A stretch of DNA of 64,000 nucleotides, taken from contig CAWKPB010000009.1 of the NCBI GenBank assembly GCA_963851405.1, positions 48 to 64,047 on the forward strand, written 5' to 3'. This DNA is from an uncultured Actinomycetota bacterium (GTDB lineage: Bacteria; Actinomycetota; Actinomycetes; DATJPE01). Position numbers and translations under genes: made by a program. The notes beneath the pieces are model-generated. The model ran no database searches. It had not been told where the DNA came from and worked only from the letters and a program-made list of their open reading frames with translations. Positions 47,389-58,026 of this stretch are shown in pieces (the stretch's first letter is position 1; each line of letters begins with the position of its first letter).

Positions 47389-48909
47389 TTACTCCAACGA
47401 GCCGGCCCGATGCCGCACCTGGAGGGCGAACCACAAATCCGCGCGAAGACCTGGGTCGTCCAAGGGACGACCCAGGAGTTCCTCGACCTTCCGCATTCGA
47501 TATCTGAGGGTGTGTCGGTGCACCCCCAGCGATCCCGCCGCCACATCCCATTGGCCGTTGTGCGAGAGCCAGGCATGGGCCGAGGCCACCAGGTCGGCCT
47601 TTCCCCCGGACACCTCCAACGGCGCGAGCAGGGCGTCGGAGAAGGATGCAGCAGACTCAGGGCTGACGAGCCCCAACAGCCCATCTGCGCCGACTGTGTC
47701 GTGCCACACGACCTCACCTCGCTGAGCGTTCCTGGCCAGTTGCAGCGCCCGGCCAGCCTCTGCGTACCCGCGAGAGACGTCAGAGATCGACACCAGGCTC
47801 GATCCGCCGGCGAAACCCTGGGTCCTCGGCGCAGGCGCGGCGGCCATGATCGAGGCAACGGCATGGTCGGAGAGGACGAGAACGAGCTCATCGTCGATGA
47901 GCCCTGACGCCATCTCTGGGCCTTCGAGGTGACTAATCAGGTGCCGGGTCGCAGCCCCGAACCGAAGCACGCGTAGCCCGGCATCTCTCATCCAAGCCCA
48001 GCCCAGGGCGTCGAGCGGCAACGAGTCCGGCGCTGCGCCCGACAGGAGTAGCGCCAAGGCTGCGTCCCGTACTCCTTGTGCGGCGGCACCGGCACCAACC
48101 CCGCGCTCCAGGGCTAGCGAGAGGAGGGACACAGCTATCGCCACCACCGAGGCATCGCTGCGGTCGAAGGCAGTGGGCCGACCCACCGCCAGGTAGCCCC
48201 GAGCCGCGCCTTTCGCACCCAACGGATGCAGGGCGACGCGGTCATCCCCCAAGTCAAGCGAGGCCGAGCTTCGGCCACGTGAGCGCAACTCAGCGATCTC
48301 TTCACCGAGTGCAGCAAGCAGTACGTCCCCGACCGGGCCGGCCGACGCCAACACCGTGCCTGCCGGATCGAAGACCACACACCACGAACTCAAACTTCGA
48401 GCCAGGCGAGCAGCAAGCGCGGGCAACGCCTCCGGAGCCAACGCGGCCCTGGTGAGTTCCCGTTGACTTTCAAAGGCTCGTGTCGTGGATTCATAGGTCT
48501 GAGCAGCCACCAGGTCAGACACAGCCTTCGTGACTGCGATGAACGGCGTCGGTTCCGGAACCTCAAGGACGACCAGTCCTCGACGGTTGGCAGCCTTCAA
48601 CAGGGCCACCGGCACCCGGTCGTGAGTCAACCCGACTCCCAACCCCAGGGCCGCTACCCGTGCGTCGACCAACCGATCGACGTAGGCACCAAGACTGCGA
48701 GAGTTCGTGGCGGTCAGCCGCATACCCGTCGACAACAGCAACTCGCCCCCCTCGAGAAACGGTCGCGGATCTTCGAGTTCGCTGACCGCGACCCACCGGA
48801 CCGGGCGGTCTTCCCCATCGTCAGTCCTGGGGCTGCCCGCGCGCACCAGCAATCCCAACTCCGAGCGCTCGACAAGGCTGCGGACCGTGGGTGGCGGAAG
48901 GACAGGCAT
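47389..48909 (-). CDS. PucR/CdaR-family transcriptional regulator
   Basis: N-terminal PucR purine-catabolism domain and a C-terminal HTH (GSLGVHRHTLRYRMRKVEELLG). ATG at 48909 with a GGAG RBS. Confidence 0.75.
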   Translation of the reverse strand: MPVLPPPTVRSLVERSELGLLVRAGSPRTDDGEDRPVRWVAVSELEDPRPFLEGGELLLSTGMRLTATNSRSLGAYVDRLVDARVAALGLGVGLTHDRVPVALLKAANRRGLVVLEVPEPTPFIAVTKAVSDLVAAQTYESTTRAFESQRELTRAALAPEALPALAARLARSLSSWCVVFDPAGTVLASAGPVGDVLLAALGEEIAELRSRGRSSASLDLGDDRVALHPLGAKGAARGYLAVGRPTAFDRSDASVVAIAVSLLSLALERGVGAGAAAQGVRDAALALLLSGAAPDSLPLDALGWAWMRDAGLRVLRFGAATRHLISHLEGPEMASGLIDDELVLVLSDHAVASIMAAAPAPRTQGFAGGSSLVSISDVSRGYAEAGRALQLARNAQRGEVVWHDTVGADGLLGLVSPESAASFSDALLAPLEVSGGKADLVASAHAWLSHNGQWDVAAGSLGVHRHTLRYRMRKVEELLGRPLDDPGLRADLWFALQVRHRAGSLE

Positions 48910-49020
48910 CACAACTCCGTGAGAACCAGGGACCAGGTTGTACGTGGCGGACAAACCTAGCGCCGATGTTGGCCCTAACGACACATCGCTGGTCCAGGTC
49001 GGTCCGCCTAGGCTCGCGAC

Positions 49021-50379
49021 ATGGCTACGACCCCAACCGGCGGACCCACGCTCCCTCAGGAGCGTCGTGTCGTCACCGACATTCCCGGACCTCGATCGAC
49101 GGAGCTGTTCGCCCGACGCAACGCGGCGGTGGCCCACGGCCTTGGGACGGTCCTTCCGGTCTTCATCGAACGGGCCGGGGGTGGAGTCCTTGTCGACGTT
49201 GACGGCAACTCGCTCATCGACCTGGGTGCGGGAATCGCTGTGGTGAATGTCGGCAACGCGGCGGACCAGGTTGTCACCCGAGTCCAGGAACAGGTCGCAG
49301 CATTCACCCACACCTGCTTCATGGTGACTCCCTACGCCGGCTATGTGGAGGTCTGTGAGGCCCTCAACCGGCTGACCCCAGGTGACTTTCCGAAGAAGTC
49401 GGCGCTGTTCAACTCAGGCGCCGAGGCGGTGGAGAACGCCGTCAAGATCGCCCGAGCGCACACCAAGCGCGACGCGATCGTCGTGTTCGAGCACGGATAT
49501 CACGGCCGGACCAACCTCACCATGGCGATGACCGCCAAGAACATGCCTTACAAGGAAGGTTTCGGGCCCTTCGCTGGCGAAGTGCACCGGATGCCGCTTG
49601 CCTACCCGTTCCGTTGGCCCGGCGGACCCGAGCGTGCGGGCGCAGAAGCACTCGCCGAGGTAACGACGCGGATCGACAAAGAGATCGGTGCTCATAACGT
49701 CGCTGCCCTGGTCATCGAACCGATCCTTGGCGAGGGCGGTTTCATCGTGCCGGCGCCAGGATTCCTTCCGGGCCTGTCCGCCTACGCTGCAAAACACGGC
49801 ATCGTCTTCGTTGCCGACGAAGTACAAACCGGTTTCGCGAGGACCGGAGCGATGTTTGCCGTCGAGGATGAGGGCATCGTGCCGGATCTGATCACCACGG
49901 CCAAGGGCATCGCTGGCGGACTCCCCCTCGCGGGCGTCACCGGCCGGGCGGAGATCATGGATGCTGCCCACGTCGGAGGCCTCGGCGGCACCTATGGGGG
50001 AAACCCCGTGGCCTGCGCAGCAGCACTGGGGGCGATCCAGGCCATTGAAGAACACGATCTCGCTGGAGCAGCACGCCGGATCGGCGAGGTGATGCTCCCA
50101 GCCCTCACGGACATGTCTGCGCGTTACCCGTGCATCGGTGATGTCCGCGGTCGTGGAGCGATGATCGCGGTTGAAATCGTGCGTCCGGGCACGCTGGAGG
50201 CCGACGCGGAAACGACCGCAGCTGTGGCCAAGGCTTGCCATCGACAGGGAGTCCTGGTCCTCACGGCGGGCACCTACGGGAACGTCTTGCGGTTCCTGCC
50301 GCCGCTGGTCATGCCAGAACCCCTGCTCGAAGACGCGCTTGGAGTCCTCGACAAGGCGTTCGCGGAAGTGACTGCCTAG
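49021..50379 (+). CDS. gabT: 4-aminobutyrate aminotransferase (class III PLP aminotransferase)
   Basis: PLP-lysine region and collinearity with GabT (TAKGIAGGLPL, DEVQTGF). Confidence 0.9.
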   Translation: MATTPTGGPTLPQERRVVTDIPGPRSTELFARRNAAVAHGLGTVLPVFIERAGGGVLVDVDGNSLIDLGAGIAVVNVGNAADQVVTRVQEQVAAFTHTCFMVTPYAGYVEVCEALNRLTPGDFPKKSALFNSGAEAVENAVKIARAHTKRDAIVVFEHGYHGRTNLTMAMTAKNMPYKEGFGPFAGEVHRMPLAYPFRWPGGPERAGAEALAEVTTRIDKEIGAHNVAALVIEPILGEGGFIVPAPGFLPGLSAYAAKHGIVFVADEVQTGFARTGAMFAVEDEGIVPDLITTAKGIAGGLPLAGVTGRAEIMDAAHVGGLGGTYGGNPVACAAALGAIQAIEEHDLAGAARRIGEVMLPALTDMSARYPCIGDVRGRGAMIAVEIVRPGTLEADAETTAAVAKACHRQGVLVLTAGTYGNVLRFLPPLVMPEPLLEDALGVLDKAFAEVTA

Positions 50380-50537
50380 TCATTTGACCGTCTTCTCGTC
50401 GGAGGCCGGTACCGGCCGATCGGCTAGACCTCGACCCCCGACTCGCTCGAAACGCTCGAGACAAGTCATGATTGAACCCAGCGCTCCAACGGCGCCCAGC
50501 GCTTGACCGTGTCATATTGATCCAAAGGGGGACTGTC

Positions 50538-52577
50538 GTGGCCTGCGCCCGAATCACTCCCCTCCCCGGCGCAGCCGCGGCCGCCGTTGTCGCGCTTCTC
50601 GCGCTCACCGGCCTGGCCCCAGCGACCCCCGCGGCTGCCCTGACTAGTCCGGATCTCGTCGCGACCGTTCCCGCTACGACCACTCCCTCGGTGCTAGACA
50701 ACGGCAGTGGCACGGCTGAGGTCCTCGCGATAGCCAAGGTGGGAAGCCGTATCGTCATCGGCGGGACGTTCTCCTCGATCGCCGACCCGGCGGGCATCCC
50801 AACGGCGGCCAACAACTTGGCCGTATTCGACGCTGCCACCGGAGAGGTCACAGCCCTTCCGACGGTGGACGGCGCCGTCCAGGCCCTTGCGAAGGGCTCG
50901 AAGAAGGGGACCGTGTGGGTGGGCGGATCCTTCAACACAGTCAACGGCAAAGCTCGCCCAAAGCTGGCTCTGATCGATGTGAAGACCGGGCAGTTGGTGA
51001 AGTCCTTCGCTCCACCCATCTTGGATGCCAAGGTCACCGACCTCGTGCGCGTCCCTGGTCACCTCATCGTGGGCGGGAAGTTCCGCACCGCTGATGGAAA
51101 CAAGCAGCACGCGCTGATTTCCCTGGACAAGAAAACCGGGGCGAACGACCGTTGGATCAAGCTGTCCTTCACCGGTCACCACAACTGGATTAAGGGGACG
51201 GACAACCGAGCCCAGGCTCCTCGCGGAATCACCGCGATGGCGGTCGATTCCGAGCGCACTCGACTGGTCGTCGTCGGCAACTTCACCAAGGTCGACGGGC
51301 TGACGCGCGAGCAGGTCGCGGTGATCGATCTGACGCGTAGGCACCCGGGGCTCTGGCGCACATGGGCGACCGAGAGCTTCGCGTCCGAGTGCAACTACCG
51401 AAGATTCGACAGCTGGGTGCGCGACGTTGTCGTGGGTGCGAACGACAGCTACTTCGTGGTTGCCAGCACCGGCGGTGGTTACGGCGGCACGCTGTGCGAC
51501 AGCGCCGCGCGACTTGAGCTCAAGACACGCTCCCGTACCGTGACGCCGACCTGGGTCTCATGGACGGGCGGCGACACTTTGGATTCGGTCGCCGCAGACG
51601 ACCGGGCCATCTACATCGGCGGACACATGCGGTGGGTCAACAACTCCTACGGCCGCGATGAGGCCCAAGCCGGGGCCGTTCCACGCCCCTCGATCGCGGC
51701 ACTCGATCCCGAGACCGGTCTGCCTTGGTCATGGAACCCCGGGCGGCACCCACGTGGCGTGGGAGTCCAGGCCCTGCTCGTCACGGGCGAGGGTTTGTAC
51801 GTCGGCAGCGACACGGACTACTTGGGGAAGGCCGAGTACTTGCGCCCTCGGATCGCCCTCCTGCCGCGTGTGGGCGGCCAGGCGCTTCCGGCGATGGCGC
51901 CACCGCCCAATCCCGACGTGTACCGCGCTGGCACGCCGGATCTCGGTACTGGCCAGTTGGAGCGCCTCCATCTCGGACCGAATGGTGTGGACCAGACCTG
52001 GCCGATCCCTCTCGACAGCGATGTGCCGTGGGGCTCGGTTCGGGGCGCGTTCACCGTCGATGATGACCTGTGGCTGACGATGGCCAACGGAGATCTGATC
52101 AAGCGGCCCTTCGACGGCGAGGCCGTTGGCGCCCCCACCACCGTTGAGCCCTGGAATGACCCGTTCTGGAGCGACCAGCAGACTGGCTCCAGAGGGAACC
52201 AGACGTACAAGGGCAAGCAGTCCCCCTTGGGATCAGCTCTCGCCAACGTCCGAGCTTTGACCTACTCAGACGGGCTGCTCTTCTACACGAACTACGGCAG
52301 TACGGCTTTGAATGTGCGCGGCTTCAATCCGGAGAGCGGCGTCGTGGCGGATCGCGGATCGATTGTCCCGGACGTCGTCGTACCGATGTCGACGACGGGC
52401 CTTTTCGTCAAGGGAACCTCGATGTATCTCGCCGACGCCGATGGAACCCTCACGCGCAGGTCCCTTCAGGGGCGTGCGTTGGCGTCGACCGGTTCGGTCG
52501 TGAGCGGTCCCGGCATCGATGGCACCAACTGGGCCGACGCCGTGCTGTTCGCTGGCGTTGGTCCTGCCGCAGGGTGA
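50538..52577 (+). CDS. Secreted repeat protein, probable beta-propeller
   Basis: GTG at 50538 with a GGGGG RBS and a signal peptide (AAAVVALLALTGLAPATPAAA). Recurring units of the type (I/V)xGGxFxx(V/A)xGxxR(P/E)xLAxL (IGGTFSSI, VGGSFNTV, VGGKFRTA, VVGNFTKV...). Confidence 0.55.
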   Translation: MACARITPLPGAAAAAVVALLALTGLAPATPAAALTSPDLVATVPATTTPSVLDNGSGTAEVLAIAKVGSRIVIGGTFSSIADPAGIPTAANNLAVFDAATGEVTALPTVDGAVQALAKGSKKGTVWVGGSFNTVNGKARPKLALIDVKTGQLVKSFAPPILDAKVTDLVRVPGHLIVGGKFRTADGNKQHALISLDKKTGANDRWIKLSFTGHHNWIKGTDNRAQAPRGITAMAVDSERTRLVVVGNFTKVDGLTREQVAVIDLTRRHPGLWRTWATESFASECNYRRFDSWVRDVVVGANDSYFVVASTGGGYGGTLCDSAARLELKTRSRTVTPTWVSWTGGDTLDSVAADDRAIYIGGHMRWVNNSYGRDEAQAGAVPRPSIAALDPETGLPWSWNPGRHPRGVGVQALLVTGEGLYVGSDTDYLGKAEYLRPRIALLPRVGGQALPAMAPPPNPDVYRAGTPDLGTGQLERLHLGPNGVDQTWPIPLDSDVPWGSVRGAFTVDDDLWLTMANGDLIKRPFDGEAVGAPTTVEPWNDPFWSDQQTGSRGNQTYKGKQSPLGSALANVRALTYSDGLLFYTNYGSTALNVRGFNPESGVVADRGSIVPDVVVPMSTTGLFVKGTSMYLADADGTLTRRSLQGRALASTGSVVSGPGIDGTNWADAVLFAGVGPAAG

Positions 52578-52578
52578 G

Positions 52579-53826
52579 TCAGACTTCCTGTTCGCGCTGA
52601 CCCCACGGGGAGCCGTACTCCACCAAAGCAGCAAGGAACGGCTTCGGATCAAACGCCTCTGGCCCGAGAACCCCTGAGCCCGACCAGGTCCCGTCGGCCA
52701 ATAACTCCAACGCGATCACAGGATTGATCGCCGTCTGCCAAACGACCGCCTGGGAGCCGTACTCCGCCATCGACCATTCGTTGTCGACCACGTGGTAGTA
52801 GTAGGTCGATCGCGGCAAGCCATCCTTGCCGGTCCCGCGTACCCATAGACCAGCGCACGTCTTGCCCGACATCTTGTCGCCCAACGTCGCCGGATCAGGA
52901 AGGCACGCGGCCACGACATCCCGTGGGGAGACCTCGACGCCCTTCACCCGGACCGGCTCGGTGCGGTCGAGGCCCAGCTTGCGAAGCGTCTTGAGGATGT
53001 CAATGAACTCATCCCCTAGGCCGTACTTGAAGGTCACCCGGTCCACGTCGACCCAACGTGGGATGAGCAGCACCTCCTCATGCTCAACGTTGACGCATTC
53101 GACGGGCCCAATTCCCTCGGGGAAGTCGAAGACCTCAGGCTCTGAGAACGGCTCAGTCGTGAACCACCCTCGATCTTTCTCATAGATGACTGGGGGGTTG
53201 AGGCATTCCTCGATCGTCGTCCACATGGAGAACGACGGCGCAAACGAGTACCCCGCGACCTCCAAATTCGCCCCATCGCGCACTCCAGCCTCGGTGATGT
53301 GACTGAAGTGCTCGTCAGCTGCGTAACGGGCAAAGACGTTGGCCAGGCCGGGTTCGATGCCGATACCCACCAAACACAGCCGGCCGGCCGCCTCCCACTC
53401 ACCAGACCTGGCGAACTGCTCGTCCCCGAGTTTCACTCCGGTCAACTCAAAGGGCTTCTCTGGGTGCCGCTGAGACAGCGACATCGCCATATCTAGGTAG
53501 TCGACCCCCGCCGCAAAGGCGCCATCGAAGATTGGCATGTTGAACACGGGATCGACGGCGTTGAACACGTGCGTGATCTCGTGCTCACGGACGAGCGCCT
53601 CGACCGACTCCTGCGATGCTGCATCGACATGAGCGGCGACGAAACGATCGTCGCCGAGGGCGGCCACCGTCCGCTCAGCCTTGGCGAGGTCGTAGTCGGC
53701 CACGACCCATGCGTCGAAGAAGGCGCGTCGAGCCGCTATCCCGGCCGCTGCGGCACCGACGCCGCCAGCCCCAACCATCAGGATGCGCATGGAACCGTCC
53801 TTTCGCAACCGAGCGTGTCGGAGCAC
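52579..53826 (-). CDS. Saccharopine-dehydrogenase-family NAD(P) oxidoreductase (Lys9/carboxynorspermidine-DH-like)
   Basis: N-terminal Rossmann motif ILMVGAGGVG and Sacchrp_dh collinearity. Confidence 0.75.
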   Translation of the reverse strand: MLRHARLRKDGSMRILMVGAGGVGAAAAGIAARRAFFDAWVVADYDLAKAERTVAALGDDRFVAAHVDAASQESVEALVREHEITHVFNAVDPVFNMPIFDGAFAAGVDYLDMAMSLSQRHPEKPFELTGVKLGDEQFARSGEWEAAGRLCLVGIGIEPGLANVFARYAADEHFSHITEAGVRDGANLEVAGYSFAPSFSMWTTIEECLNPPVIYEKDRGWFTTEPFSEPEVFDFPEGIGPVECVNVEHEEVLLIPRWVDVDRVTFKYGLGDEFIDILKTLRKLGLDRTEPVRVKGVEVSPRDVVAACLPDPATLGDKMSGKTCAGLWVRGTGKDGLPRSTYYYHVVDNEWSMAEYGSQAVVWQTAINPVIALELLADGTWSGSGVLGPEAFDPKPFLAALVEYGSPWGQREQEV

Positions 53827-53901
53827 GTTAGCGCGCCGCGCGTCGACTCGCGAGCCCAGCAGCGGTCCGCGCGCGGGCAGCCCGTCCTTGCGGCCGTGGG
53901 G

Positions 53902-54939
53902 TCAGTTTTCGCCAGGGATGCGGCCATCAAGCAGGGGGCGGCCGGGATCCCACTCAGTGCCATCGCGGGCATCTTGGCGGCGCCTGGCGATGGCCGAGAG
54001 CGCTTCAAGGACAACGCGGTTACCCAAAGCGGCGGTGATGTCAGCGTGATCATAGGGAGGCGATACCTCGACGACGTCGACGCCGACCACGGGCAATTCG
54101 AGGCAGATCCGCCGCACCGAGTCCAGCAGTTCACGAGCCGACAGCCCCCCGGGCTCCGGCGTCCCCGTTCCGGGAGCGTGGCCCGGGTCGCAGACATCGA
54201 TGTCGACCGAGAGGAAGACTCCATCGCATTCGTCGCTGGCAATGGCGAAGGCCTCGGTCAGGCAGTCGGCGAGCCCGCGGCTGACGATCTCGGTCATCTC
54301 ATACGAACGCATGCCCTGCGCGGCCATCCAATCGAGGATGTCGGGAGGCGGCCAGTACCCCCGCAGTCCGATTTGTAGGAATCGGTCCCCTCGCGTAGCA
54401 CCGGACTCGATGAGCCTGCGCATGGGCTGACCGTGCCCGACCAAGGATCCGAACTCGTTGTCGCCGGTGTCAGCGTGGGCATCGAAGTGCAGCACGCTCA
54501 CCCGACCCCAACCGATGCCCCGTGCCACGCCGGTCACGTCCGGCCAGGTGATGGTGTGGTCACCGCCCAGGATCACCGGGATGGCTCCCGCCCGGACCAC
54601 CTTTTCGACCTCGACCTCAAGGGCTGCACAGGACGTCACCGCGTCACCCGAATACATCATGACGTCTCCGGCGTCGACGACGCGCAGGTCCTGCAAGCCG
54701 TCGGTCCGCAACGCCAGGCTGGGCCGCGATCCATCATGGGCCAGGTAGTCGGTCATCCGAATCGCCTGAGGTCCGAAGCGTGCCCCGGAACGGTACGACG
54801 TACCGCCGTCGAAAGGCGCCCCGAGGATGACGACATCTACATCCGCGTAGGTCGCCGCATCGTCCAAGTCGCAAGGATCCACGCCGAGGAAGGTGATGTC
54901 GGGGCCGTACTGCCCGCCGTATCGCGCCATGACCGTCAA
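53902..54939 (-). CDS. speB: Agmatinase/ureohydrolase (arginase fold)
   Basis: Binuclear Mn motifs are present: GGDHTITW, HFDAHADT, SVDIDVCDP. Confidence 0.85.
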   Translation of the reverse strand: MTVMARYGGQYGPDITFLGVDPCDLDDAATYADVDVVILGAPFDGGTSYRSGARFGPQAIRMTDYLAHDGSRPSLALRTDGLQDLRVVDAGDVMMYSGDAVTSCAALEVEVEKVVRAGAIPVILGGDHTITWPDVTGVARGIGWGRVSVLHFDAHADTGDNEFGSLVGHGQPMRRLIESGATRGDRFLQIGLRGYWPPPDILDWMAAQGMRSYEMTEIVSRGLADCLTEAFAIASDECDGVFLSVDIDVCDPGHAPGTGTPEPGGLSARELLDSVRRICLELPVVGVDVVEVSPPYDHADITAALGNRVVLEALSAIARRRQDARDGTEWDPGRPLLDGRIPGEN

Positions 54940-54955
54940 CCTAGCGCCCGCGACG

Positions 54956-56452
54956 TTAGCTGTTCTGCGGGAACCCCAGGTTCAGTCCGCCGTGGCTCGG
55001 ATCGAGCCACCGGGAGGTCACAACCTTGCCACGGGTGAAGAAGTGCACACCCTCGAGGCCGTGAGCGTGCGTGTCTCCGAACAGCGAATTCTTCCAACCG
55101 CCGAACGAGTAGTAGGCCATGGGCACAGGAATCGGCACGTTGATGCCGACCATGCCGACCTCCACCTCGTTCTGATAGCGCCGCGCGGCGCCCCCATCGT
55201 TGGTGAAGATCGCCGTGCCGTTGCCATAGGGGTGATCGTTGACGAGAGTGAGCGCCGCGTCGTAGGAATCCACCCGCACGACCGAAAGGACAGGACCGAA
55301 GATTTCGTCGTTGTAGAGCGTCATGTCGGGGGTGACCTTGTCGAACAGTGTCGGTCCCAGCCAGAAACCATCGGCTCCGCCAGCGATCTCGACATCTCGA
55401 CCGTCTACGACCAGTTCCGCTCCCTGCTCGGTTCCGGCGTCGAGGTACGAAGTCACCTTGTCGCGGTGTGCCGCGGTGATGAGCGGTCCCATGTCGGAGC
55501 CCTCGCGGCCGTCACCAGTCGTCAGGGTGGCCATCCGCTCCGCGATCTTGGCCACCAGTTCGTCAGCCACCGGCTCCACGACCACGAGGGCCGAGATCGC
55601 CATGCAGCGCTCCCCCGCCGAGCCGAAGCCAGCGTTGACGGCCGCATCGGCCGCGAGGTCCAGGTCGGCGTCCGGCAGCACGACCATGTGGTTCTTGGCC
55701 CCACCGAGTGCCTGGACCCGCTTTCCATGGGCTGTGCCCGTTTCGTAGACGTACTTCGCTATGGGCGTCGAGCCGACAAAAGAGATGCTCTTGATGTCCG
55801 GGTGCTCAAGAATCCGATCCACAGCAACCTTGTCCCCGTGGACGACGTTGAAGACGCCCGCTGGTAGACCGGCCTCAGCCCAGAGCTCAGCCACCAGGTT
55901 CACCGCGGAGGGATCCTTCTCAGACGGCTTGACTATGACCGTGTTGCCAGCGGCGATGGCGAGGGGGAAGAACCACATGGGAACCATGGCCGGGAAGTTG
56001 AACGGGGAGATGATGCCCACAACGCCTAGCGGCTGACGGATCGAGTAGACATCGACCTTGGTCGAGACGCTCTCGGAGAAGCCGCCCTTCATCAAATGGG
56101 GTATGCCGCAGGCGAACTCCACGACCTCGAGGCCACGCGTGACCTCACCCAGCGCGTCGGAGAGGACCTTGCCGTGCTCTGCTGTGATGAGTGCGGCCAC
56201 ATCTTCCTTGCGGGCATTCAGCAACTCGCGGAACGCGAAGAGCACCTGGCTGCGCTTGGACAACGACGAGTTGCGCCACTCAGAGAACGCATCCTTCGCG
56301 ATCGCCACGGCCTCGTCTACATCCGCCGACGAGGCGAAGTCAACGTAGCCGGTGATCTGACCCGTGGCGGGGTCAAAGACCTCGCCTCTGCGCTCGGCCA
56401 CACCACCGTACGGCTTGCCACCAATCCAATGGGTGATGCGCGCTTGGGGCAT
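54956..56452 (-). CDS. mmsA: CoA-acylating methylmalonate/malonate-semialdehyde dehydrogenase (MmsA-type ALDH)
   Basis: The ALDH catalytic Cys (GERCMA) and Glu are present, together with the MmsA-typical N-terminus (THWIGGK...). Confidence 0.85.
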   Translation of the reverse strand: MPQARITHWIGGKPYGGVAERRGEVFDPATGQITGYVDFASSADVDEAVAIAKDAFSEWRNSSLSKRSQVLFAFRELLNARKEDVAALITAEHGKVLSDALGEVTRGLEVVEFACGIPHLMKGGFSESVSTKVDVYSIRQPLGVVGIISPFNFPAMVPMWFFPLAIAAGNTVIVKPSEKDPSAVNLVAELWAEAGLPAGVFNVVHGDKVAVDRILEHPDIKSISFVGSTPIAKYVYETGTAHGKRVQALGGAKNHMVVLPDADLDLAADAAVNAGFGSAGERCMAISALVVVEPVADELVAKIAERMATLTTGDGREGSDMGPLITAAHRDKVTSYLDAGTEQGAELVVDGRDVEIAGGADGFWLGPTLFDKVTPDMTLYNDEIFGPVLSVVRVDSYDAALTLVNDHPYGNGTAIFTNDGGAARRYQNEVEVGMVGINVPIPVPMAYYSFGGWKNSLFGDTHAHGLEGVHFFTRGKVVTSRWLDPSHGGLNLGFPQNS

Positions 56453-56601
56453 GGCCGACTCCTTCACTTCTCGCGTCGTGCGGACTCACTGCCCGCCGGC
56501 CCCTGAGTCTGCCCGCGCCTCCCCCGCCGATACAAGCAGCAACCTGTCGCCGAGGGGGCTACCCGGTTGACAGGCCGTCAAGTGCTTGGTGTCGACCCGC
56601 C

Positions 56602-58026
56602 TCAGGAGTCGAAGCCGAGACCAAGCCGATCCAGGGTCCGAAGCCATAGGTTTCGACGCCCCTCCGACTGGTCGGCCCGCACGATCGACCATCGGGTCAT
56701 GTTGATCCCTGCTGCCTTGAAGGGCTCGGGCGGGAAGGGCAATGGCTTGCTGCGGACCATGTTCAGCCGAGTGCGTTCGGTGTCCTGCCCATCGATCAGG
56801 TCCAGCATTGCGTGGGCGCCGAAGCGAGTGGCACCTACGCCTAGTCCGGTGTAGCCGAGAACATAACCGACGCGGCCGCGGTGGGCGGTCCCCCAGAACG
56901 CCGTGAACCGAGTGCACGTGTCGATGACGCCACCCCACCGATAGGCAAATCGGAGCCCCTCCAACTGCGGGAAGGTCGTGAAGAAATTGCCGGCCAACTT
57001 CTTGTAGGTCTCGGCCCGGTGCTCGTGCTCGGCCTTCATCCCGTTGCCGTAGTAGTAGATGGCGTCATAGCCACCCCACAGGATTCGGTTGTCCGCGGTG
57101 AGTCGATAGTAGTGAAACTGATTGGCGGCATCACCAATGCCTTGACGCCCTTGCCAGCCGATCGAAGCCAGCTGTTCCGGGCTCAACGGCTCGGTCACGA
57201 GCACGTAGTCCCACACGGGAACGACATAGGGCCGTACGCGCTTCACCAGGGAGGTGAACGCGTTCGTCGCCAGGGCAACTTTGGCCGCCCGAACCCGCCC
57301 GAAGTCCGTCTTCAAACTGACCCCAGCCGGGTCCGATTCCAGAGCGGAAACTTCGGTGTTCTCGAAGAAGCGCACGCCCAGGCTCTCGCATGCGGCTTTG
57401 AGTCCCCAAGCCAGCTTGGCTGGGTGAACCAGGGCGCAACCGTCACGATCCAGTAGACCAGCGTGGTAGCTCGGCGAGTGGACCAACGCTTGCACTTCGT
57501 CTCGCTCAAGAAACTCTGAGTGGCCCCCGTACGGCGCTTCCAGCCCTGGCACTTCGCGCAACTCGTCTGCTTGCCAGGCTGCGGTGGCCACATCGAGTTC
57601 GCCGGTGCGCTCGAACTCCGCATCGATCCCGTACTTGAGCAGCGACTGTTCGAGCCCGTCCAGGTTCTCCCGTCCCATTCGGAGCAGATCCTTGAGTTCC
57701 GGCTCAAATCGCGCCAATCCATTGAAGAAACCATGAGTCAACGACGAAGAGCAGAAACCACCGTTGCGCCCCGAGGCTGCCCACCCAACCTGGTGGCCCT
57801 CGAGCACCACGACGTCACGGTCGGGGTTGTCCTCCTTGGCCTGGAGCGCAGTCCAGAGCCCCGTGTAGCCGCCACCAACGACCGCGAGATCTGCCGTGGT
57901 CGCACCTACCAAGGACGGGGCGGCGGCCGGGCGCGCGGGATCGGCCGTCCAGAACGGAACTGGCTCCGCCTCGGACAATGAGGCGACCACCCAATGCGCG
58001 GGCGCCTCTGAGTTGACTGATGTCAC
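56602..58026 (-). CDS. FAD-dependent oxidoreductase (DAO family; gamma-glutamylputrescine/amine oxidase-like)
   Basis: N-terminal VVGGGYTGLWTA dinucleotide motif. It is the last gene of the coupled transporter operon. Confidence 0.75.
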   Translation of the reverse strand: MTSVNSEAPAHWVVASLSEAEPVPFWTADPARPAAAPSLVGATTADLAVVGGGYTGLWTALQAKEDNPDRDVVVLEGHQVGWAASGRNGGFCSSSLTHGFFNGLARFEPELKDLLRMGRENLDGLEQSLLKYGIDAEFERTGELDVATAAWQADELREVPGLEAPYGGHSEFLERDEVQALVHSPSYHAGLLDRDGCALVHPAKLAWGLKAACESLGVRFFENTEVSALESDPAGVSLKTDFGRVRAAKVALATNAFTSLVKRVRPYVVPVWDYVLVTEPLSPEQLASIGWQGRQGIGDAANQFHYYRLTADNRILWGGYDAIYYYGNGMKAEHEHRAETYKKLAGNFFTTFPQLEGLRFAYRWGGVIDTCTRFTAFWGTAHRGRVGYVLGYTGLGVGATRFGAHAMLDLIDGQDTERTRLNMVRSKPLPFPPEPFKAAGINMTRWSIVRADQSEGRRNLWLRTLDRLGLGFDS

